A stretch of DNA of 63,324 bases, filler included, from Octopus bimaculoides (lineage: Eukaryota): NCBI RefSeq assembly GCF_001194135.2. It is 7 parts of 6 records of this genome, joined end to end, with 100 filler letters (N's around TTAATTAATTAA, not from the genome) between each part and the next. Parts side by side here need not be neighbours in the genome. Positions count along the whole stretch, not along the records: positions 5,156 to 15,025 come from NC_069004.1; positions 15,126 to 44,111 come from NC_068986.1; 5 more parts are not named here. One strand, written 5' to 3'. The translations under genes and the position numbers were made by a program. This document shows, piece after piece, positions 12,331 through 23,982 of the stretch. Below the pieces are notes generated by a model. The model saw nothing but the letters and a program-made list of their open reading frames with translations, did no database searches and was not told the origin of the DNA. Position 1 is the stretch's first letter. Each line of letters begins with the position of its first letter.

Positions 12331-13399
12331 GAAATTAATGCATGCAAGATTTCAGAGTTCTGGCATCGCTCCTTCATAGTCACCCTACGAACTTTTCAAC
12401 CCACCCTCCAAGAGATTTCCTTTCATAAGTCCCAAGTTATTTTGCTGGTTGGGGGACGGGAACAAGGAACGTGTATCATATATGATGCACAGACGCCAGT
12501 GAAATATGTTCTGTATATTACATGTGATAAACAGGACAGGCATGGGGTTAGTATAGAGATGGATGAGCTCTTTCATCCTCAACGAAGTAGGGGATCAATA
12601 TTGGAAACTTGGTTTTCTTATTATGAATAGGAAAGAAGTTAGCCTGGTGCTAGTCACACCTTTCGGCTGTGAGAAAATGAAATGAAGTGGATCAGCCAGG
12701 AATCGAACCGGCGACCAGTTGCGTATCTCTTCCATGAACAATTTTTATTGTGTTTAAATAAGAACTTCTAATGATAGTTGTTTGTTGTTGCTGTGTTAGC
12801 ACCAGGTCAGCATTGATCAAGTAAACCTATGATCAAACATGTTCCAACCATGACTATCTCGTAGCTTCAGACATAATTTATTTCACACTACATTATGAAA
12901 TATGCCCTTCTTATTATCTTCCAGAGAAAATGCTACTATTTCTAGCAGATCTGACGTCCTCTTTGTAGTGTCTGAGATGCAACTTGTTGATGGAATTGGC
13001 AGTAACGATAAAGGAACAGATTAAAGTTGGAATTAGAGCCACCGCAGTTCTTAGTTTATTGATTCAAGTGTTCTGGGTTCAAGTACTACCGAGGTCATCT
13101 TTAGTATCCATCTCATCATAGGGTCGATTAACTATACCAGTTATCGTAGTTTAATCTCAGGTCCACTCTGATCGAATAGAGGTGTTCCAGCCGTAACCAT
13201 CCATTCTGTCTGTTTAGGATGTCTTGTACATTATATAATGTATCCTTTTCGGGTTTAAGACTTTAAGAAGGAATTCGAGGGAAATTTGGTTGATTAGTCT
13301 AGCAGAACGACTGGATGATTCCACGTTGATTTAAAAAAAGGATAATAGTAAAATAGGGAAATAAAGGATTCTACAGCAAATTGACAGCTTTTTGAGGTT

Positions 13400-13850
13400 A
13401 CCAAAGAATGTCCCAGTTCGTTTGGTCCATAATGTAGCACCTTTTTTTACCACCTCTCATCCAAACAATCACCTTTAAAAAAAAAAAAAACCAAGGCGGG
13501 AACAATAACTGACACCGAACAATTTATTTTGTTTTAAGAACTGTTGAGGATTATTTGTGATTCTCGAGTTTAGTTATTTCTTCACCACATGCTTCTGTTA
13601 GGTCTTTGATTAACAGTTCCCTGTTTCCTTCGACAGTTGCTAAATCCTTCTCAGTTATTTTTCTGAAGTCTGATGTCATTTAGGTAGGACATCGTGGATC
13701 CTGTTACATGGTTACGACAAATCATATCTAATGGTACGATTTACGTTGCTATACAAGGTGCAGACATGAATCTATGTTGTACAGTCTGAAAGTTTGGACA
13801 TGTTGCTGTCCCTCCACTGTCTGGTCTATTCCTGTATATTCTAGCGGTGG
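13400..13850 (-). pseudogene. Possible Penelope-like element N-terminal ORF relic
   Basis: QHRFMSAPCIAT*IVPLDM resembles the HxxFLxxCxxxxIxPxGL motif; coding-like frame with stops. Confidence 0.3.
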
Positions 13851-14734
13851 CTACAATAGGTGGGGACGGGTCAGGTGGACTCGGTCGAAATAAGACAGCT
13901 GTTGTTCCTCCGTACCTTTTTTGGTGGTGGCCATCCTAACACAGTATTTGAAGCCAGTTAGGTTTTTAATGTCGCAATTATTTCTGTGTCTATGTGGTTC
14001 TGTTGTTTTTCTTTTTTTTTTTTGTTCGGATTGAGTGGAGAGCTTGTACTCTTAAGAGTAGAGCTCTGGAGTGTTACACATGCATCTGGGTGCTTGAAGG
14101 TGGTTTTCATGCAGTAACGGTGGGAGTTGAAGTTAGCTGTGGCCCCAAACAGTCTCCTTTGTATATCCAAGTGGTCCTTCATTCATAAGTCTTTTTTCTT
14201 TTACTTGTGTTTGTGGTCTGTGGGTATAGTCGGTGTCCAACCTGTTACGATGCGGAAGTTGTTATTTTGTGTTCTTCGTTGGTAGTCCAGGTAGCACTGC
14301 ATGGCCCATGATAGATTTAATGCGTTGCTTTTAAACTATTGTTGTTGTTGCTGCTGTACCCGTTCATCAAATGTAGTATCTGCAACCATGGTTGTCTTCA
14401 GAGCATTGCATCTCCCGGTCAGGCAAAGCTATGCACTAAGGCCTATAGTATTCACTTACTAACAACAAACCACAAGATACATAAATTAACAATGTTAATA
14501 TCAGTTCGAATGTGCTAAGACCACGTTCGGACTTGTAAACGAGCCATTCACCCTGTTTTGTCACCCCGTAACACAACATTAGCATCAGATCCCAAGACTT
14601 GTGGGACCCACGAGTAACTGTCCGGTGATGTACCCATGCCTTTAGACGCCACAACCTATGTACTTTCTTTACGATGACTTCTTTGTGTGTTGTAAATATT
14701 GTGTAGGGGTCATAAAAATCTGTCTTATCGCATG

Positions 14735-15025
14735 TATCATGAGTACCACAGGGATCCGTCCTCTCCCCGACTCGTTTCAACTAATATCTACATTACGTTT
14801 CCACAACTCTCCAAAATACAGACAACGTCGAAACTAGATGATAACACTCACATCCTCCTAACACGCAACCGCCTCAAACCCTCTTTAAAATCATTGGGAA
14901 ACTTGGGTATCTCAATGTCAGACAACTAAATGTCACTCTATGTGCTCTCTCGATCTTCTAATAGCAGCAACTAAATCTCCTTCAAATCACACCCGACTGT
15001 CTCAAAGAAACGACGATGTGATCCT
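14735..15025 (+). pseudogene. Decayed non-LTR reverse transcriptase fragment
   Basis: VPQGSVLSP..NIY then KLDDNT, matching GVPQGSVLSPxLFNIY and YADD, across a frameshift. Confidence 0.65.
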
Positions 15026-15214
15026 NNNNNNNNNNNNNNNNNNNNNNNNNNNNNNNNNNNNNNNNNNNNTTAATTAATTAANNNNNNNNNNNNNNNNNNN
15101 NNNNNNNNNNNNNNNNNNNNNNNNNATATATATACATAGGGATAGGGAGAGAGAGAGATAGTTAGATATAGATATATATCTACATACACACAAACATATA
15201 TATGCATATGAATG

Positions 15215-15258
<44 letters not shown>

Positions 15259-15744
15259 TGCGTGTGTGCGTGCATTTATGCTTGTGTCTATGTAGCTATA
15301 TATCCATATATCTGAACATAGACGTAGTGATAGAATAGAAGTAAATGAAATAAAATATATGATAAGAATATAAAGAAATAAGTAAAAAAAAAATGAAAAA
15401 AACAGTGGCAGGATGGCAGGATGTGAAAAGAATGTGAGGTATGAAATAATAGATAATGGCTTGAAATAAATAAGAGATTTGATTACTTAGGCTGGGTGTG
15501 ATCTAGAATTTGATAGTTTAATATTATGAAATTAAAGACGTTTTTGTTAAATTATCATGTTGATGAGCAGTGAAATAGTATAACATTTTAGGATTGAGAG
15601 TCAATAGCTGTGAGCTATATTTGCGAGATATAGGATATCAGGGAATAGATATTCATATATTTTTGTGCATGAAAATATTACTGAAACTAAGACGTGTGTT
15701 TATATAATGTGTGTATTTGTTTGTTGCATGGTAATCTGTAGCTC

Positions 15745-15948
15745 GAATATTGTTTTCTACTATAGGCACAAGGCCTGAAATTTGGGGGGAGGGTGCTAGT
15801 CGATTAGATTGACTCCAGTATGAAACCGGTACTTAATTTATCGACCCTGAAAGGATGAAGGACAAAATCGACTCCGGCGGAATTTGAACTCAGAACGTAA
15901 AAACAGACGAAATACCGCTAAGCATTTCGCGCGGCGTTCTAACGTTTC
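15745..15948 (-). mobile_element. SINE family A, unit 1 of tandem trio
   Basis: Reverse complement of the body, with a ...gtgcctatagtagaaaa tail. Confidence 0.85.
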
Positions 15949-16180
15949 TTATTTCTTTATTGCCCAAAAGGAGCTAAACATAGAGGGGGCAAACAAGGAC
16001 AGATAAACGGATTAATTCGATTATATCGACCCCAGTGCGTAACTGGTACTTATTTAATTGACCTCGAAAGGATGAAAGACAAAGTCGACCTCGGCGGAAT
16101 TTGAACTCAGAACGTAGTGGCAGGCGAATTGCCGCTAAGCATTTCGCCCGGCGTGCTAACGTTTCTGCGAGCTCGCCGCC
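15949..16180 (-). mobile_element. SINE family A variant with Tx1-like 3' tail, unit 2
   Basis: Intact head ggcggcgagctcgcagaaacgttagcacg; tail tatctgtccttgtttgccccctctatgt...gggcaataaag. Confidence 0.85.
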
Positions 16181-16187
16181 TTCTGTA

Positions 16188-16402
16188 ACTCGAATATTCT
16201 TTTCTACTATAGGCACAAGGCCCAAGATTTTGGGGGGAGGGGCCTTGTCGATTAGAGTGACCTCATTATGCAACTGGTACTTAATTTATCGACCCCGAAA
16301 GGATGAAAGGCAAAGTCGACCTCGGCGGAATTTGAACTCAGAACGTAGCGGCAAGACGAATTACCGCTAAGTATTTCGCCCGGCGTGCTAACGTTTCTGT
16401 AC
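16188..16402 (-). mobile_element. SINE family A, unit 3
   Basis: Same body and tail type as unit 1. Confidence 0.85.
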
Positions 16403-16599
16403 CTCGAATATTGCTGTAATCAAATGGTTTCTGTGAGTATATGTATGTTCGCGCGCGTGTTTGTGTGTGTGCATGCCTATTTGTCTTCTGTATATGTGTA
16501 TATACATACTCAAATATATAAACGCATATATGTGTACATATATGCAAATACATAACATTGTACACAGGCGCAGGTATGGCTTTGTGGCGACAGGGGGCG

Positions 16600-18175
16600 C
16601 ACCGCATGATCTATTTTGTGGAAGAGTCTATCAAAAGTTACGAGGCGGTGGCAGGAGCAAAGGTTAACAAGGATAAGTCGATCGGTTTGCAACTCGGCAC
16701 CTGGAGAGGCAAGCCGATGCCGTCCAATAACGTAGAGGGGCGTTGGACGGAAGATCCTGTTAAGCTGCTTGGGGTCTGGTTCGGGCCAGGCCTCCAGATA
16801 GAGAAAAATTGGAGCCAGGTGACGAGCAGGTGACTGCTCTAACCCAGACCTGGTCTGGGCAGGCGTTATCCTTGCTAGGAAAGGCGGAGGTTGGGCAGAT
16901 GTTTATAGCATTGGTTATCACCTACCGTCTGACCGTGGTGCCTTGCCCCGATTAGTAGCTGAACAAGTTGGAAAGAATCCTTTTCCGCTTTTTGTGGAAG
17001 GGAGGGAAGCCACTCGTGAAGCGCTGTCTGCAGCCAGAAACCGCTAAAGGGTTGGCTAGGGATGCCTTGGCTGAGGATGCGAAAATTCACGTTAAGGTTG
17101 AGGCACGTTTGGCTTTACCTGGATGGAGAGCAGGTGTGGTCACCGCACATCCGGTTCTACCTTCCGCAATTAACATCCTTAACGGACGTTGGTAATTGTA
17201 TCAAGCAGAGACCTAGGCTGGAGGACTGGCAATTGGAGTGCTGACAGGCACTTCAGCTACTCTCTCTGGCGGGAAATGCCGGCAACAGGAGTTCCACCAC
17301 GGATTTTTATAGCGAGTTAGTGGGATTTAGGTCCGATGACGCCTTGTGGGGACACTGGGCTACGATGAAAATCAGTTGACCAACCTGTTCAGGAGAACTT
17401 TCGGTTCGGGGTATCTGGACAATTACCAGAAATCCCTGGCTTGGCAGTGCTTCTGAGCGGCGTTACCTGTTCGTGATAAACTGCCAAGGCACGGAAGTGC
17501 CGTATCGCCGACATGTCGGAGGTGCGGGCGGGACAGGGAAATCGTCTAGCACGCATTTGTGGAATGTCCGGAATTAACGAGACTGATAGCTTTCGCAGAA
17601 CAACTGTTGTCATCGATGGGAAGAGTACAGCTATCAGCTGAATCTATCATCGAGATTGTGCCACCGCCTTCCCTCAACAGGGAAAGGAAGGCTTGCTTTT
17701 CCTGCGTACTAGCCATAGTGAAAGAAACAGTATGGAAGACGCGTGTAAGAGGCATAGTGACGGATACCTTTGTATCTGGCCAGGGGTTACTTAACTTTTT
17801 TTGTTACCACCTCAGAAGTAAGATCAGACTGGAGAAGAGGTATCTGTCACGAGACAGATTCATGAGAAGATGGAAGCATGTGTCGAGGAAGCTGGGAGTG
17901 TTTGGCACCAGGTAAGTGGAAGCCAAAAATAAGGGAAAGAAAAAGCAAGGGGTCTACTCTGGTGGTCAGATGCCTATCCTTCAGGAAAGCCATTACAAAT
18001 TGCATCTGTAATGAGCAATGCTTTAATCGAACGTTGTAAATATAATCAAATTTTTAATGTAAATTTAAAATTGGAAATATTTAAGCGATACAGCTACTTC
18101 ACCCCTTTTATGCTTGTCTGTCCTTGTTGGTCCCCTCTTTGTAATGCCTTTATGGCAAATGTTTATGAAATAAAG
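16600..18175 (+). mobile_element. 5'-truncated L1/Tx1-clade LINE (RT C-terminus, zf-RVT, 3' UTR), disabled
   Basis: YEAVAGAKVNKDKS, PVKLLGVWFG, ERILFRFLWKG, SLAWQC...LPVRDKL..HG...CRRC and HAFVECP, with frameshifts and stops; AATAAA at about 18169. Confidence 0.9.
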
Positions 18176-18203
18176 TAGCTTGCTTTCTAGTGACATATTT
18201 CTT

Positions 18204-18578
18204 GGTTCAATCCCACTGCGAGGCAACTTGCACAAGTGTCTTCTGTAATAGTCTGAGGCCGATTAAAGGATTGTGAGTGGATTTAGCAGATGGAAACTGG
18301 AAGAAGCCCGTCATATATATATGTACGTGTGTATGTATGTGTGTGTTTGTGTATCTATGTATGCGTGTGTTTGTATTTATGTTTGTCTACGACCACCACC
18401 ACCTGACAACCAGTGCTGGTATATTTTTGTCCCCGTAACTTGATATTTTGGTAAAAGAGACCGATTGAATACGTAATAGGCTTTATAAAATCAAGTCCTG
18501 AGTTCGATTTGTTCGACTAAAAGAATTCAAGGCGATACCCCAGTATAGCCGGACTCAAACAAGTGAAACAAGTAAAAG
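18204..18578 (+). mobile_element. SINE family B
   Basis: ggttcaatcccactgcg...gtgagtggattt...gaagcccgtc, internal (TG)n, then tail. Confidence 0.75.
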
Positions 18579-18768
18579 ATATAACATACATACACACAGA
18601 CACATATATATATATATGTTGAGAGAGAGCGGGTGATGTAGAGAGACAAATATATGTATATCAAATACTATACAACGTAAATAGTTGATAATAAAAATCA
18701 TATCCGCCTCAAGAGGGTGTCGGAACGAACTGGGCCCCTTGAAGAAATTTGGTTTTTTCTTCTTCTTC

Positions 18769-18886
18769 TTCTTCTTCTTCTTCTTCTTCTTCTTCTTCTT
18801 CTTCTTCTTCTTCTTCTTCTTCTTCTTCTTCTTGTGGTTGTGGCTGATTTTATTATTTAACATCATCACCATCATCATCTTCGCCG

Positions 18887-18920
<34 letters not shown>

Positions 18921-18961
18921 AGTCGTCGTCGTCGTAGTCGTCATCGCCGTCGTCGTCGTCG

Positions 18962-19008
<47 letters not shown>

Positions 19009-19030
19009 GTCATTATCACCATCATCATCT
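18769..19030. repeat. Compound (CTT)n/(CAT)n/(CGT)n microsatellite
   Basis: Direct reading. Confidence 0.95.
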
Positions 19031-19245
19031 GAGGATGCATGGCCTAGTGGTTAGGGTGTTGAACTCACGATCTGGCAGACTCGTCAGGACGTTGGGCTGA
19101 ATGCTTAGCGGTATTACGCCCGTCGCTACGTTCTGATTTTAAATTCCACCGAAGTCGACTTTGTCTTTCATCATTAAACACTAGGGTCGATGTAATCGAC
19201 ACATCCTCTTCCCCCAAATGGCAACCCTTGTGATAAAATTTAAAA
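19031..19245 (+). mobile_element. Chimeric SINE: family D-type tRNA head fused to a family A body
   Basis: gcatggcctagtggttagggtgttgaactcacgat runs directly into ctggcagactcgtc...gaatgcttagcggtatt...gtcgactttg. Confidence 0.6.
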
Positions 19246-19291
<46 letters not shown>

Positions 19292-19309
19292 TATTGTTAT
19301 TATTATTTT

Positions 19310-19600
19310 TCATAGACACACAACAATTAGTTTGTTGGAAAAGAAAATTACCTAACATAGGGCTACAGCAAATACCCTTACATTCCAAGAACCCTCCTAA
19401 GTATCCTAGCTGTCCCGAATAACACTGTTTTCTGCAGCTGTACTAAACTAGGTTTTATACCTATTTTCTCTATCCATCTGTTCAGATCTTTAGGGTAGTT
19501 CCCAATGCACGTATAACTACTGGGACACATTTTACCCGCACTTACCATACTTTCCGTAATTAAATGGCTAGGTCCTGGTACTTTGCTTATTTTTCTATAT
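19310..19600 (-). mobile_element. R4/Dong-clade LINE 3' end, unit A
   Basis: KYQDLA..LRKVW..VPVVIRALGT..LQKTVLFGTARILRRVLGM*, stop at 19378-19380, followed by (TAA)n on the element strand. Confidence 0.85.
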
Positions 19601-19624
19601 CTGTTATAGTAATATGATGTAAAC

Positions 19625-20025
19625 TGAAGATACTGTGTGTACCGGGGGATTGCACTGTCTGAAAAGTCACAACAAAGACCTCAGGCAGATAGCACTTTAC
19701 ACAGTATGCCCACAGTTCCAAGTAAGGCCGATTTATGCAATACACAATTGATGTACGGTATTTCTAAAATGTCCAGTTGCTTCTTCATTGTTGGGTGATA
19801 TTGAACCCAATGCTCCGATGACAGTAGGAGCAAACTTTGTTTCACTCTCGCATTTGCGACTTCTTAGTGATCTCAATTATCATGTCTCCATATTTATCAA
19901 CCTTTTCTCTTTCTTTCATGATAACATGCGGATCTCCTGGCACTACCACGCCGATTAATTAGGCACTCTTTTTTGTCCCGCCTAAAGGTTACTATATCCG
20001 GCCTTCTGTGCTCTATTATCATTTT
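19625..20025 (-). mobile_element. R4/Dong-clade LINE 3' end, unit B
   Basis: IIEHRRPDIV...DKKECLI..VVVPGD...KEREKVDKY...TVIGALGS...KSALLGTVGILCKVLSA*; RLE endonuclease PD-D-K motif; stop at 19681-19683. Confidence 0.85.
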
Positions 20026-20084
20026 CTTTTTATCATCCACATCATTCCCATCATTGTTTTTGTTTTTAAGCTATTACATTCTAA

Positions 20085-21295
20085 TTTCAATAGCAATAAT
20101 CATATCTTGAGGTTTTGTGAGAACAAGTCAACTGAATACAAGACAATACTCTCGTACAATTGGACAATGCGAGTTTCGATTCCAGTATCTTGATTGTTGT
20201 GCCAAGTGCATCTATTACCTGAGGGATAATTATTGTTTAAATTTTCCACAATCCATTCAGCTCAATTATTTTCAATCACTTTTTTTTTGGCAACAATCTG
20301 ATATCATAGATAACTGCAAAGTTTCTGATCTTACCCCGTTTATTTTGTTTGTCCTCTTGTAACCATATTTGGTCTTGCCTCAATAGTATGGTCACTCTTT
20401 ACGAGGAAATCCTAAAAGATCCTTTACAACTTATCCTCTAGCTCAGCCTCTGTTTCGTGTTCATAACACTTGCCTTTTATTTCAAAGCCACATGCTCATC
20501 CCAAGGCACTTTTTGACCTGTATCGTTATTACTGAGCCTATACATTTTTAATGTTGGTTTAGTACATTCAATCAACAGATGTTTGTTACTTTCGTCTCCT
20601 TACTTGCAAGTCGCTGCTTCCTTTATCACATACGTCCTAATGGCTTGTTCCTGAGTGATTATAATTAGCTCTTCAGACTACATTTGGTTACGACGGGCGG
20701 ATGGAAGTCCGCCCGTCGTAGCAGTCTTCTTGATTTCCAGCATCTTCTGTTTCTAGTATGAATTGCTTATGCAATTCTCTTCATCTACTTGTTCTATTCT
20801 TCTATTTATTCTTCGAGTCTCCTACTGTTTTAGTAAATTTCGGGATATCTCTATCCGCCAATAGTATTCATTCTTCACTCTGTACAACGTAATTTTTCAA
20901 CCCCGATATCGCAGTGCTAAGGATATTCTGTGCCTTTCGTAATCCTCTACCTCCTTCCTTTCTTGTTAATTAGATTGTCGTTATTGATTTTTAGTGTTCT
21001 GTGCGTTGTGCATTGAGGGCATCTTCCTAGTGCTTCTATCTAAGTTCTGTATTGGGTTTGGTCAATTTTAGAAAGGAATTGTGTACCTTAACACTAGCAT
21101 TGCTCTTGTATTCATTGCTTTAAGATATTCTTTCCGTTTAATTGTTTCGAACAACTTCCCTATTCTCTGTTGTGCTCTTTAAAGATGTTCGTTTTTATTT
21201 CTCCTTCCATGCAACACACTAAGTATTGGTATCCCTCATTATTCTACAGCGATTTAATGATGTCGTCTTGTGATAGTTTTATGCCACCAGAGTTT
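20085..21295 (-). mobile_element. R4/Dong-clade LINE, longer 3' part (post-RT, zinc knuckle relic, RLE), unit C
   Basis: GIKLSQDDIIKSL..YQYL, LNGKNILKAMNTRA..LRY, LDRSTRKM, RKEGGRGL, QEQAIRT, KCYEH, DFLVKSDHTIEARPNMV and LWKI..IIPQVIDALGT; heavily decayed. Confidence 0.85.
20689..20720. repeat. Perfect 13-bp stem hairpin TACGACGGGCGGA-tggaag-TCCGCCCGTCGTA
   Basis: Exact inverted repeat with TA at both ends. Confidence 0.9.
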
Positions 21296-21303
21296 ATATT
21301 CCA

Positions 21304-21351
<48 letters not shown>

Positions 21352-21738
21352 TTCTCTCTCTCCCTTTCTCTCTCTCTTTCTCTCTCTCTNNNNNNNNNNN
21401 NNNNNNNNNNNNNNNNNNNNNNNNNNNNNNNNNNNNNNNNNNNNNNNNNNNNNNNNNNNNNNNNNNNNNNNNNNNNNNNNNNNNNNNNNNNNNNNNNNNN
21501 NNNNNNNNNNNNNNNNNNNNNNNNNNNNNNNNNNNNNNNNNNNNNNNNNNNNNNNNNNNNNNNNNNNNNNNNNNNNNNNNNNNNNNNNNNNNNNNNNNNN
21601 NNNNNNNNNNNNNNNNNNNNNNNNNNNNNNNNNNNNNNNNNNNNNNNNNNNNNNNNNNNNNNNNNNNNNNNNNNNNNNNNNNNNNNNNNNNNNNNNNNNN
21701 NNNNNNNNNNNNNNNNNNNNNNNNNNNNNATATATCAG

Positions 21739-22375
21739 ATGGGATAAGAACGCAGCAGGTTGCAACAAGTCATCCAAACACTTAGATGATGCAAAAAGGG
21801 ACAAGAAAAAACAAGGGCTGGTCATTCGGAGTTTTCTCTGGTCACTCGAGTTCCAGATTATCTTTGCAGTTTCGGCTAGTTATACTCGAGACTGCTCCAA
21901 TCTGGCCAGTCCCAAGGTAAATCTAAGCTATTAGTACTAGATTCCTTGGAAGAAAGCAGCGAATGCATACGAAAACAAGGACGGAGAAAAACGGAGAAAT
22001 GGTACACAAACACAAATGCAAACAACATGACATTAACATCAGGTTTCATGCGACTAAGGAGGAATTAAATTAATCTGGCGTGTGTGGAAGTGTCCTGTTG
22101 TTTGCGTTTGCATTTGTGTACCATATCTCGGTTTTTTTTTCGTCCTTGTTTACATACGCTGCTTTCTTCCAAGGAATCTAGTGCTCTTAGCTTAGATTTT
22201 CGTGGGGGCTGGCTAGAATGGAGCAGTCTCGAGTATAACCAGCCGAAACTGCAAAGATTATCTGGAATTCGACTGACGAAAGAAAACTCCGAATGACTCG
22301 TCCTTGTTTTTTCTTGTCCCCTTTTGTATCATTTGTCTGGATGTCTTGTTGCTGCCTGTTGTGTTCTTGTCCCAT
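21739..22375. repeat. Large foldback element: about 290-bp inverted arms, about 60-bp spacer
   Basis: 21739-22032 is the diverged reverse complement of 22091-22375 (shared tctttgcagtttcggct, ttatactcgagactgctcca, ctagattccttggaagaaagcagcg). Confidence 0.85.
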
Positions 22376-22409
22376 ATTTTGTATTCATTTTTATATACAT
22401 ATACACTTT

Positions 22410-22451
<42 letters not shown>

Positions 22452-22898
22452 NNNNNNNNNNNNNNNNNNNNNNNNNNNNNNNNNNNNNNNNNNNNNNNNN
22501 NNNNNNNNNNNNNNNNNNNNNNNNNNNNNNNNNNNNNNNNNNNNNNNNNNNNNNNNNNNNNNNNNNNNNNNNNNNNNNNNNNNNNNNNNNNNNNNNNNNN
22601 NNNNNNNNNNNNNNNNNNNNNNNNNNNNNNNNNNNNNNNNNNNNNNNNNNNNNNNNNNNNNNNNNNNNNNNNNNNNNNNNNNNNNNNNNNNNNNNNNNNN
22701 NNNNNNNNNNNNNNNNNNNNNNNNNNNNNNNNNNNNNNNNNNNNNNNNNNNNNNNNNNNNNNNNNNNNNNNNNNNNNNNNNNNNNNNNNNNNNNNNNNNN
22801 NNNNNNNNNNNNNNNNNNNNNNNNNNNNNNNNNNNNNNNNNNNNNNNNNNNNNNNNNNNNNNNNNNNNNNNNNNNNNNNNNNNNNNNNNNNNNNNNNN

Positions 22899-22932
<34 letters not shown>

Positions 22933-22959
22933 TAGAGAGTTGTGTTAAAAAGACAAAGG

Positions 22960-23031
<72 letters not shown>

Positions 23032-23435
23032 ACATGTGCATTCAAAAATAGGTTCAGTATTGTAGCAGTCAGGATGTTTCAGATAGCTAACTTTCATATG
23101 ATTATGAATGTAAAAAATGTGTAAGTTTTAGGAATTTAAGCTTTAAACAAGGAATTTGAAGCGTTTTAAGTTAATCTGAATCTAACAAGAAAAACTAGCT
23201 TTCTGTTTGAATTGGTCTGTGAAAGCGTTGTGTTCTTGAGCAAAACACTCCCTCTCACCTTGTTCTGCGATCACTTCTACATCTGATGTTTGGTATAGCA
23301 TGAATCTGTTCACGCAACGTCGATTTGATGGGGGGACAGAGCTAATGTACAGCACATACGTTTGAATAGTATAAACCAATCAGTCGTTCAGGTGTTTCGG
23401 CAAAAGCTGATCACTCATACATCGTCTCTAACGGG

Positions 23436-23982
23436 AGTGGAGGCGCAATGGCGCAGTGGTTAGGGCAGCGGACTCGCGGTCATAGGATCGCGGTTTCGAT
23501 TCCCAGACCGGGCGTTGTGAGTGTTTACTGAGCGAAACTACCTAACGATCCACGAGGCTCCGGCAGGGGGATGGTGGCGAACCCTGCTGTACTCTTCCAC
23601 CACAACTTTCTCTCACTCTTACTTCCTGTTTCTGTTGAGCCTGTAATTCAAAGGGTCAGCCTTGTCACACTGTGTCACACTGAATATCCCCGAGAACTAC
23701 GTTAAGGGTACACGTGTCTGTGGAGTGCTCAGCCACTTGCACGTTAATTTCACGAGCAGGCTGTTTCGTTGATCGGATCAACTGGATTGATCGGATCAAC
23801 TGGAACCCTCGACGTCGTAAGCGACGGAGNNNNNNNNNNNNNNNNNNNNNNNNNNNNNNNNNNNNNNNNNNNNNNNNNNNNNNNNNNNNNNNNNNNNNNN
23901 NNNNNNNNNNNNNNNNNNNNNNNNNNNNNNNNNNNNNNNNNNNNNNNNNNNNNNNNNNNNNNNNNNNNGCCAACAACAACAA
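23436..23982 (+). mobile_element. SINE family C spanning an N gap
   Basis: Near-identical to 4018-4408; TSD CGTCTCTAACGGG(A) at 23423 and 23983; (CAA)n tail; internal 18-bp duplication ttgatcggatcaactgga. Confidence 0.85.

Noticed and set aside
12442-12630. 62-aa ORF with ordinary composition
   Set aside because: No motif or splice support, and it is adjacent to LINE debris.
22273-22302. Second hammerhead-like motif CTGACGA...CGAAT
   Set aside because: Stem II is only 2 bp, A15.1 is missing, there is no helix I, and the mirror copy in the left arm is degenerate.
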